A DNA stretch of 64,000 nt. It comes from Tubulanus polymorphus. Its lineage: Eukaryota > Animalia > Nemertea. The stretch spans positions 2,813,950 to 2,877,949 of the forward strand of contig NC_134026.1 of the NCBI RefSeq assembly GCF_964204645.1, in the 5' to 3' direction. A program made the position numbers and the translations under genes. Of the stretch, positions 53,704-64,000 are shown in pieces; the stretch's first letter is position 1; each line of letters opens with the position of its first letter. Under the pieces are notes generated by a model. The model was not told where the DNA came from. It did not search any database and saw nothing but the letters and a program-made list of their open reading frames with translations.

Positions 53704-54810
53704 TATGCAATCGAAGTATTTATGTATATATTATGTATACTTGTTTATGCGATATCATTGAAATGCCCATAAAACATTTGTGTTCAAAACTTTATACAAA
53801 AACATGTTGATTTATGGACAAAAAGGAAAAACGCCCTCTCAGTTCATTATGTATATGTTCGTACGCGTAATGCTTCAATGACCTCATGAAAGCTGACTGT
53901 ACAATGCCGTTTTGTTCTGCTCTTCTCACCTATATCCGACTTAAGGGATATTTTATAACAGTATTGAATTCCGACTAATAAACTAAAGTCGTTAAATCTA
54001 TAGAATTTACATAATCGTAGATAGTAGCGTTGTGACCGGGTAGACTCTATGACGTTGTCTCTAAATGTCAAGAATCTTGCTCAGATAAAGAAGCTCGGGG
54101 CAATTTTACTCGGACCAATTTTTTCACGGTTTTTGTCTTGCGGCGACAAGATAAGCAAATTAACTGTCGAGTTAAGTTATTTGGTAATACTGCACAGGGC
54201 ATGAAGAGGTCACTCTAAATTTACCTCTTCAAAATTCTTATTTCTAATAATAACTAAATTCAGTTTTTTGCTAGTTTTCACTGTGTTATTCGAAATATTT
54301 TTGTACAGTTGATAGTGTATGTAATTCTGATGAAATGTTGATCTTCGATATGTACGTGGAATAGTAATTTAATAAAGAACTACCGGATTCGAATCTAAAA
54401 AACTATTTGTCTTTGTCGGTTGAAAGGAATGTTAGATTTGGTATTCCCATATTTTATTTTGAGTCGGGCGATAGTCCATTTGTTTTTTGCCGTCGCAAAA
54501 ACTTTGGCAAGCGACCAGATGCCTTTAACTTCCTGTTTCCGAAACTAAACATTACTAAAACAGAAAAAATTTACTGTAACCATAGACATGCAGTAACAAC
54601 TATGAATACCTGTCCTTATATTAATGCTAAGTGCATTTTGTATGACATGAAATATATTGCAAAACTGCATATCTTTAAAAACCACCTAAGCAAGTAATAA
54701 TCGGCGCATTATCTGTCCATGTTGTAATACTAAGCGGTGGTAGGTCATACATGAAAAACACTTCCTGATTTTTCCTACAACCAATCAACATAATCGAATT
54801 GAAATTCAAC

Positions 54811-57800
54811 ATGGAAAGGTATGTGCTATGATATCCTATAATTCAAGTTATATTCACATCTCTAATGCATCATATCGCGACGCAAGGGTAGTAATGTCAA
54901 AGATGGATAGATTCAATCGATATCATTCATATGAAGTAAAAGAATTTCTGTCATTTTGTGCTTTGTTTATTAGCTTGTGTACGAAGTAAATTCATTTCAT
55001 CTAAAATTTAAACTTTTGAAAACCAGAAATCACTATTTAAACAGCCAGGACATACCCCTCAGGACACCGTAATCGCCATCCGTCAAATCCATTCATCAAA
55101 TTTCTAACTGAAAAATACTACAGATATATATTTCATGACCATACGTACTTTCAAAAAAGTGATTGTTCGGGCTTATCGCTAACATTCAATGTTGTATGTT
55201 GATATCGAGTATAATAAACGACGTTGTTTTCACCGTTGTTTCAACTCGCTTCAACTGTTAAATCTAGCCTCAATTGTATTTTTCTTCATTAATATACTCA
55301 TCAATATTCACTCGTATCACTTTGACATATCTAGTAAAATTTCAGTACCAAAGAGATATGGTTTATTAGCAAAGTTGACGACACAATTTCAGTCAGCTGC
55401 TTTTGTCTGTTATAATTCGCTTACAGGTTTATCGTCGTTTGTCTATTGAAAACTACTCCTCATACATTTCTATTGTTAATTGATCGGCCAGACTAAAATA
55501 AAGCTGGGTTTTTTGGTGGACAAAAATAGATTTTGAGCAAAACTACCTGGCGAGGCTTTAAAGCGTTACTTGCGTGAGGGGACATTCAGATGAAGTTTAT
55601 TGAAGTTCCAGCATCTCAAGCATTTTTCAGATATTTCACTCTTATTTGTCGTAATTTCTGGTATTTCATTTGGTAATGAGAATAATGAAATCAAGTTTTC
55701 ACAGGAATTCGGAGAAGCAAAAGTCGACGCGCTCAAATTGGAAACTAACATTCTCCAGTAAAATGAAGCTGCCTCGTCGGAAATTATCGAAAAAGAAAGA
55801 AAAAGAAAACCCAAAAGGCGAGGTAAACATCATGCTAAAACACTGAATCCATTCATTTCACAACGCTTTAGATCTTAGGTTTCTTATTATGTTGAACCTT
55901 TTCCACCTAGTACTTCATCTCAGAAAACATTTGACTTTATAAGAATTGTGCTCGGTATACTCGCATTCATTTTTTCTCAGTCTACACAAAAAGAAATGGA
56001 ATTGTGTCCAAAACTTGAAAAACTCCGGTCGATAATGAAAGATAAATCACCTGAGACAAGCGTTGATAGCGGCATAGGACGGGAAATGCGGGATGATGAA
56101 TTACCCGTTGAGAGATCTTTGTCAGATGTATCATGGCCTCCCGGAGAGTCCAATGAAAATGTAGACTATGAACAACCGAAAGAAGGTAAACAGCTCAGAC
56201 TTTTAGGTTGACTTACTTAATAGATAACATCCACTCATTATATATTTGTATTCATGAAAGGTTTGGAAATTATGATAATGACGCTTTTACGTAGAAGACT
56301 TTATGCACAGAAGACATTTTCGTTTGTTTTTCTTGTCGCATTCATTGAAATAGATGGTTAAATGCTCAAACCAAAATCTTGTCAACTGAGCGCCCGACGA
56401 TTTAGATGTTTTATGATTGCATTTCCAACAATTTGGAAATTATAGGCTATAATTTGCTTGAATAAAACATAATTAGACAAATCGCTTTTATCTCTAGCAG
56501 TATTTGTGAAGCGCTCGCGCGAAAGCCTGGAAATAGGCGATATTGACAGTTGTCACGAGGTGAGTCGGTAATTGTTTATACTAAACAATGCTTAAACAAG
56601 GAAAAGTGAGTCACTTCCGGAACCACAATATGACCCGTGCTAAAATTTTGCTCGTCCGACGTTTTTGGTCAGGACAAACAGACACGGGCATATTTGGTAC
56701 CCAGTTGTTACGGGTCCTATTTGCCACGAGCAAAATTTGGACAAAAATGCTCGTGCGATCGCCGTGTGATCGCAGCTATATAGTCAGTTATCATTTACAA
56801 AGCCGTTCCCTTCAGCTCCCTCAGAATAATTACAATTTTTGTATTAAAGTAATTCAATGAAATTGATTGATTACATCATGGGCTCAGTCCATGGTTACTT
56901 GCAGTGCAAATAAACATGTATAAATCACGGCGAAATCTTGAATTCAGTTGGTAAAATATATCATACATTGCACTATAATACTACTAAAACTACTGCGATG
57001 ACTATCTCTACTGCGAATATTTCAATCATGAATAATATCGGAGATGATCTCAAAAGCGCCTCTTCATCGATTCATTGTATTTTCAGGATATCGACATTAC
57101 CACAGTCGAACAGTTTTTTGAAGTCGAAGATGTTGGTGAGTTCATTGGAAGAAAATTTGAAGGCCGAAAGTCAGCAGTTGGGGTTTTCGATCAGAATGGT
57201 GGCTGTCTAAGATTCAAGGATGGATCCTGTTATATGATCGTGCCCCCAAATGCCCTTTCTCAGCCTGCGTATATCTACATGCGCCAAGCAACTGATGACA
57301 TCAACGTCGATGAAGGTCATGTACCGCTGGCTCCCAGTATTGAATGTCACCCGGATGGATTGAAATTTGATGCTACCGTCTTACTTGCTGTAAAGCGATA
57401 TACAGGGATATCATTCTCCCCAGATCACCAACTTACTGATAACAAACTGTCGTGGCGACAACATGCCGACACTGTTTGGAACATAGGAGCCGTGGTCGAA
57501 ACACTCACAAATGGTTTTATCGCAATGCCCATAAACCATTTTACCTTGATGACACCTGTGGTTCCCATGAAATATGTAGAGAAGCAAAGTTTTGCCGTGA
57601 TGTTATCTGCCAGAATCAGTGGCATCTCCTACCACACGAAACTCCGTTTACTACCGGAGAGCGAAAGCAAAATTGAGGTATGTCGTCGAACAAAATACTA
57701 GGAATCTTTGAGAAAATTCTGAAATATTCAGAAAACATGATCGTGATAATCCATACGATCAAGTCAAGATACGTAATTCTTATCATCCAAGGATGAAATT

Positions 57801-58859
57801 TGCATTTCAAGACAGTCACGTAGTATTCGTGCAAAATGAAATGATTTATTGTTTTTGTTTAGACTGCTAAAGAGGAAGAATTATGTCGAGGAAACCATGT
57901 TTTTCCTGAAAGGGGATGTCTTTGCGTTAAAACCAACGGTTCAGTGATCGTCGTGTCTATGGAAGAACTAAAAGGCATTGTACAGCTTGAGGGCCACCTT
58001 CTTAACAAGGTAGATCGGTCTTTGGCTCGAATTCGAAGGGCGTCACTTTGCAGCAAACGATTTGTTATTGATTTTCGGTTTATTTTCGAAACCAATAATT
58101 TAAAAAATGAAAATGGATTGTTTTATAGGATATCCAACCGAAATATTTATTGCACAAGGGGGAATATTCAGTGGCTTTCGCGACGAACGAAGACCCACTG
58201 GAAGAAGTAGGACAGTCGTGTCTAATGAAAGCATATCAAGATGAAAACGGCTACTCGGTACAACTCGAATTTCGTGGTATTCAACGCCAAATGCCGGAAC
58301 CAGACCAGGTAGAAAATGAGCCATAATGATAATGAGCATAGTAGTTTAAAATGATTTATCTGATATGTATATACTTGTATAGGCAGCCGGTAGTGTAGAA
58401 TCTAAATTGGAACATGCGTTCAGTCAATCGATTCAATTCCATACGACGACCTGTTTATCTGCTACACAACTTCACGAATTGGCAGAATTGTTCAAAGAAG
58501 AGAACAGATTACATGCGTTATACAAAGCGTTCGGTGCTTCACAAGGAAGAGAAGATAGTCTTTCACCCACCTCCCTGCTTGCCCTCTGTCACTATTTTCA
58601 AGAAGATGACACCAATGATACCTTACACGATATCGCCGAGAAGTTAGGTATCGCCGAACAAGTATCTAATATTATCGGAGTTAGAAGCGCGACTCAGAAG
58701 GTGGAAGGCATCTCGCAATTCGAGTCATCGGGAGAATCAAAATTACGTAAATCAGTCGGACGAAAGTCGATAGATAGCGGTCTAGGTTCTGTAGCCAGCT
58801 CGTGTACTTCCATCCGTGTCGAGTCTTTGCATATGTCCAACAAGTGGTGTGCTCTGTAA
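54811..58859 (+). CDS. Soluble ZU5 (+UPA-like + C-terminal death-fold-like) protein, UNC5CL/PIDD-like architecture, ~594 aa
   Basis: Exons 54811-54818, 55705-55822, 55981-56185, 56501(or 56498)-56559, 57087-57677, 57863-58009, 58129-58308 and 58383-58859 join in one open frame with GT-AG sites. ZU5 signature: GVFDQNGGCL...MIVPPNAL...PLAPSIECHPDGLKFDATVLL...INHFTL. The C-terminus is helical (LSATQLHELAELF...LHDIAEKLG). The 5' exons are less certain. Confidence 0.75.
56628..56780. mobile_element. Degenerate MITE with internal TGCTCG/CGAGCA repeats in a ZU5-gene intron
   Basis: AAATTTTGCTCGT pairs with ACGAGCAAAATTT; the element ends GTGTGATCGCAGCT. Confidence 0.4.
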
Positions 58860-60906
58860 TAAAAAAAAAACTGTCAATCCAATTAACATGGAGATAAGTT
58901 ATTTGAGTTTCTATATCAAAATAATAATGATCCCTTTATCTTACTAGAATTGCTAGATAACGCTTGAATACTCTAATAGACAAAAATGTGATCCAATACG
59001 ATTGATATTGAGATATTGATTGTATACGTGAGAATGTGCTATTTCATAACAATTTGTTGATTTTGTTGTCTACAAAATTTATCTTAATATGTATTTCATT
59101 AAAGTAACATTATCTTCAATTCCTCGCATAGATTATTGCTACACTAACTAATATCATGTAATTATCATGTTCTATCTATTCTCATCTCTGTACCAATTAT
59201 CTATGCAAAATAAATCAAATCAATAATCAAATGTGTGTGTGTGTGTTCATGTTCATTTGAAGTGGCACATATATTGAATGTTGGTTCATTTATTCGAAGT
59301 GGCACTTGAAACATAATATACATGTATAATGAAAATTGACTACCTATATGTGTGTTCAGCATGATACAAGTGCAATCGATGGCGTGGTGTTGGACGTAGC
59401 AACAGTTTCGTTGCAAAAAAATTGTTGGCGAAAGGACGTCCTATAAATGTAATCCTCATTAGGCTGTGGCCTGTGGAAATAAATCCACAGAAAATGGGTA
59501 AGTTTTGTTCATATGAAGTATTTCGAATATTTTGAGATATGATATGAAATGAATGTGGCCACATCTACGAAGTAAATCTTCGAGAATGCGATCATCCAAC
59601 CTTTGACTGGCATACGTCTGGTGGAAGTAATTTAGGTATGATCCGGCCAAATAAAAGATAAGTTTGTCAAAAACGGTGTAAGCGCCACTGGTACGACTCC
59701 ATCCGGGGGTCTGGGGTCCCTCCCCTAGACAATTTTGAAAATTCAAATGTGTTCTTACGACGCTTTTGGATTAGAATATCTAAACTTTTTGATTTTTTTG
59801 AGCCAAAATATCATCATCCATAGCAAAATAGAATCTCCATGATTGATGACCAGCTACAAAAAGGCTTCACATACAAAAGAGTGCCAAAACACTGCAATCA
59901 ATAACATTAACTTGCATTTTGGATGATCAGCTCATTTGTAACTCATCCTGCTCATCAAGGTGCTCAATGCTAATCACTTACTTTGAATAAATAATTTCTA
60001 TTCACTCTTGTATGGAACTATAGTAACAAGAAGCTGGGACCAGCCCAGCAAGCTTGTGATGTGTGAGTTTGACCTACGAGCAATTATCTAATTTTTTTTT
60101 CTAGAAATGGTGATCATATAGGTAAATAGTTGGTGTTTCTTCTTAACAGAAATTAATTAGAAACTAGATGGACACTGTTTTATTTACTACAGAATTCCAG
60201 AACAATATACCCTTAGAATACATCAATCACGGACAACCAACTCCACAGTTTTTCATCCAATTTCACATGATGTCATTAAATGTTTTGTTGGAGTACTAAA
60301 CAATTATAAGTTATCTCGAAAATCAAAACAGAAATATACCGAAAATTGTCTTGATGCAATACATGTACACAACATAGAAATATTACATCAAAAATATGAA
60401 AGAGAAGTTACCTCCATTATACCTTTATAAAAGATGAAAATTACTTCTTGGACCATGAAATACTTTATTTTGTAATTTGTACATATATGAGTTTTGATAT
60501 TATTCTATAGTCTGGCTCATTTTATCCATGTCTGTCGAGGTGAATACATCACACCAAAAAGTCCGAACAATAGGCTAACAATAGCCTCATCAATTAGCCC
60601 TGCGCCAATTGACAGCGTTACTGATCTTGTGTACAGAGATATAGGGCGAGCTTCCTCCTGTTAGATAATTGCTCGTAGGTTTGACCAACAGCTGTCTTCA
60701 CAGCCGGAGCGGTTCCACCGACGCCCGAAGTTGAATGATCATCTTCAAGCGGCGATCCTGACACACTACGCTATCTCATAGACTTTGATCACACTTGACC
60801 AGTGAACATAGATTTGCATGTCCAATTTGTGCATGTTAATTTATGCTTGTTCATACCTACATAATCTATATCAAAGACTTATGGTTTTGTTGTTGTAGGC
60901 AACGAT

Positions 60907-62001
60907 ATGCGGCGGAATGTATTTATTATCGCTGTATTCGTCACCGGTATCGTTATACTACTGTATTTACACCACATCAGCCAACGTCGGGATGAAAAAC
61001 CATTCGAAGAAAGGAATGACTTGACGCAGATGCTTGTTGAATTGAAATCTCAGGTAACCCGATTGGGTAAGTTCGTTGCGAGGATCGATCGTTCCAGGGA
61101 TACTCTTCATGAACATCGTTCTGGGAAGCAGGCAGTGACAGAGGTGAACACATTACAATCAGGACTATCGACAAAAACACGGTCAGAAAGGTCACATAAA
61201 TGTAAAATCGTTGACATGAACATTGTTGATAAAAAAGACTTCGATTGTGTTCCGATGCGTACTGGAAGAGGGAGCACTCCGATTTGCGTTTACGATCCTA
61301 GAATTGACATTTTCATATCGCACTCACTGGTACACAATCATAAACGGTGGGAAGAAGAGGCTGTGGTTTTACTAGAGAAATTATTCGATAGATATCCCGA
61401 TTTACAGTTACTTGATCTCGGTGCCAACATCGGTATCTACGCGTTAACGGCCCTGAAGTACGGCAGGCAAGTGTTAGCCGTCGATCCGAACTTTGAGAAT
61501 TTAAAGCGAATTCGCGCGTCCGTACACGAAGGTAAATTCCCCGTCGATTCCATCGTTCTTGTACAGAACGCCATCAGTGATAAATACGAACGTATTCAAC
61601 TGATACCGAACAAAATAAACGTCGGTGGGCGCGGAATTATGCCGGCAAAATCCGACGAAAATGCCGCCGATGCTATTCACATGGACGACTTGCTAGAAGC
61701 GGTTAAATTCAGTAAAGCTATCATGAAAATCGACATCGAGACGTCCGAAGCTCGAGCGATGTCGCACGCCGAAAAAATGTTCGATAAAATTGACATCCCG
61801 ATAGTTTTTATGGAATGGAATTATGCGAAAGTTGAACCCGGTGGATCGAATATGCGCAGGTTTTTCGAAAGTCGCGGATACTCAGCCTACGATTCACCGG
61901 TGAATGGCACGATTTTGACGGGTGATCATCAAAAATGGACGAACATGGATGTTTTCTGGATGCGAACGAATGGAACAAGATTTCCGTCCATAAAAGCATA
62001 A
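60907..62001 (+). CDS. FkbM-family (Methyltransf_21) SAM-dependent methyltransferase, type II membrane protein, 364 aa
   Basis: Single-exon ORF preceded by a splice acceptor (ttgtag at ~60898). MRR plus a hydrophobic signal-anchor and a coiled stem lead into motif I LLDLGANIGIYAL, VLAVDP, VQNAIS, IMKIDIETSE and VFMEW. Confidence 0.9.
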   Translation: MRRNVFIIAVFVTGIVILLYLHHISQRRDEKPFEERNDLTQMLVELKSQVTRLGKFVARIDRSRDTLHEHRSGKQAVTEVNTLQSGLSTKTRSERSHKCKIVDMNIVDKKDFDCVPMRTGRGSTPICVYDPRIDIFISHSLVHNHKRWEEEAVVLLEKLFDRYPDLQLLDLGANIGIYALTALKYGRQVLAVDPNFENLKRIRASVHEGKFPVDSIVLVQNAISDKYERIQLIPNKINVGGRGIMPAKSDENAADAIHMDDLLEAVKFSKAIMKIDIETSEARAMSHAEKMFDKIDIPIVFMEWNYAKVEPGGSNMRRFFESRGYSAYDSPVNGTILTGDHQKWTNMDVFWMRTNGTRFPSIKA

Positions 62002-63615
62002 TTATATATCATTATATTGCATTATGTATATCAAGGTATTAAGGTAAAAGTGTTTTGTATATCTGATAAAACTTATTAAACTGATTCAAAATAAATTGCC
62101 GTCTGGTGGACATTTACTTCAACGAGGATCCTCACCTTCTCTCATAACTAACAAAGTTTTCTCGTGGTTTTAATTGATTTGTCATCTTTATTTATCCGTC
62201 AATAACTTGAAAACATATCTCGTATAAAAAATAACAATCGTTTAAACAAGATATTTGTCGTTCTGTTGGAATTATCACGCTCGTTCAATGGAGTCTCACA
62301 GATGTCGGATCAACCTCAATGGAAATAGGAAGTGTGTCGATTTTGGTCAAGAATCTCGGAGTCGATGGATAAGGAGCCGGACCACAAGAATACGCCTTTG
62401 CCACGCCTTTTGATTTAAAAAGTGGGTTTCGTCCTCAATGAAGAATGCTTAAAGGATTCACTCAAGCTTCTGAAAGCTAGGTATTCAAAATGTAAATAGA
62501 ATTCTAATATTAGCCGAAGAACTGACAAACCAATTAATGAAATGAGTTTGCCATCCAAAAACGAAGACCCTATGGATCTTTTATTTTGCGTATTAAGTCG
62601 CGCCATCGCGTTCTTAAACTCGGGTTCTCATATTCAGTTCCCATTCTTCAAACACGTTGGGTTTTAAGAATAGTTAGCCGATGGCGTCGAATCTAATGTG
62701 AACATTCATTAACAGCTAGCGGACCCGGCTTAGTGACCACGTGACTTGCGACAGCTCGACCTTTTTCGAAGATTTTGAATAAGAACAACAATCATGTGAC
62801 ATCATAAATGAAAAACCAATGCATAAAATCGAGTATTATAATTTCATTATTTATTTAGAATAATCTTAATGAAAACACTAATTTTTTTAAACTTTATTGA
62901 ATTAATGTATGATTATATAATTTCGACAACAATGGCAATGTTAAAGGTTTCTCGCCCGCGTTTTGTGGCAGAGATCAGCAACAACATTGATGCTTTGAAA
63001 TAATGAATACATTTCGTCCATATTTGTATAGCGGTTCATACTCGTGGTTATCAATCAATTTCGAATTTTAGATGAATATCGATAAATACTGGATCAGCTT
63101 CTTAGTTTTCTTCCTGAATAGAAAGTGAAAACAAGTTACGGCCGACAATTTATTGATGGAGGTTTGATGCTGATGCTGATGATGATGATGATTATGATGG
63201 AATTTTCTCCCTAAATCTATAGACATGTCAAGCCCTGGTTCCACAGAATTGAGTTCGATTTATTCTGAGACTAAATAAATCAAAGTGTAAATTCTCAAAC
63301 GTAGAACTGGGCCCAGGGGTCCAGACTCGCTGAGAACTTACGAGTAATATAGATATCAACGAGCCTCAATATAATCTATGTTCATGTACTTCGTCATCTG
63401 TACACCCGAATGTGTAACATATGTTTCCACTCATGATACAAGCACCTCTCGTCAAATGAATACACCCGTCGTGAGAACCGGGTTTCGTAGTATGAACACT
63501 TACATCAAGTTTCTTGTTTTCAATTCGTCGATAAATATTGGTGAAACGTATCGAATGATTTAGCAACATTTGTATGAGAAATGGTTAGATTAGTTAATCA
63601 AATTATACACACGAT

Positions 63616-64000
63616 TCAATATTGAATACTTGCTTCGAAACGAAACAGGTCAGCCCATGAATTTCGGTCTGGTGTCGAAATAGGACGTTTTACCACATGT
63701 GCCCTTTTGTCTAGAACATCCATCTGCCACTGAAATGATAATTTCCAAATCTCATTCGGATCGATGGAGTTCTGTTTAATCATATCTAATATACATGTAT
63801 ATAGAGTTTTGAGGAAGAAGAGTGCAGTGCCAAGCAAAAGCCACTAACCTTTTGTGGTTTCACCGAACATGGATGACAGACAGTTGTCATTATACCACTG
63901 TATCGTTCGCACGTACATTTCTGACATTGATCTGGTAAGTTTATCTTGGCAACGTATTGGCCGAACACCTCTGCAACCCGTGTCTGCGATTCTAGTCGAC
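63616..64000 (-). CDS. Possible last two exons of an unidentified minus-strand gene running off the window edge
   Basis: The open frame 63999-63849 (STRIADTGCRGVRPIRCQDKLTRSMSEMYVRTIQWYNDNCLSSMFGETTK) is followed by a GTTAGT donor, a 63-bp intron, a TATTAG acceptor and the phase-compatible DMIKQNSIDPNEIWKLSFQWQMDV...SIQY*. No recognisable family. Confidence 0.35.

Noticed and set aside
59680-59770. GGGGGTCTGGGGTCCCTCCCCTAGACAATTTTGAAA segment as a structured ncRNA
   Set aside because: Resembles a common decayed invertebrate DNA-transposon internal motif; no boundaries or RNA-family hallmarks were found.
50791-62001. Bacterial contamination explaining the sulfatase and FkbM genes
   Set aside because: The sulfatase has canonical spliceosomal introns, the FkbM gene has a 5'UTR acceptor and eukaryotic type II topology, and composition matches the flanks.

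Overview
AT-rich, intron-containing animal genomic DNA. An invertebrate, probably marine and non-arthropod, is my inference from gene content; the taxon cannot be fixed from this window. I reconstructed seven spliced protein-coding genes by hand from GT-AG junctions: AIP (+, 6 exons), Rab35 (-, 6 exons), two tandem ETH-receptor-like rhodopsin GPCRs (+, 2 coding exons each, the second with a 19.6-kb intron), a membrane-anchored metallo-beta-lactamase-fold alkyl sulfatase (+, 4 exons), an 8-exon soluble ZU5/UPA/death-fold-like protein (+) and a type II membrane FkbM-family methyltransferase (+, one coding exon). A possible 3' end of a minus-strand gene lies at the right edge. Non-coding DNA holds several MITE and foldback elements, a tRNA-derived SINE-like pair, a recent ~170-bp tandem duplication and a 2.9-kb internally deleted CACTA/EnSpm element. 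The most interesting item is the ZU5 protein, which combines a PIDD-like HF/T autoproteolysis motif, a putative death fold and IkB-like DSGxG(S) phosphodegrons. Also notable are the ETHR-like pair (one lacks the NPxxY proline) and Rab35's single C-terminal Cys. Family assignments come from recognised motifs; no database search was run.
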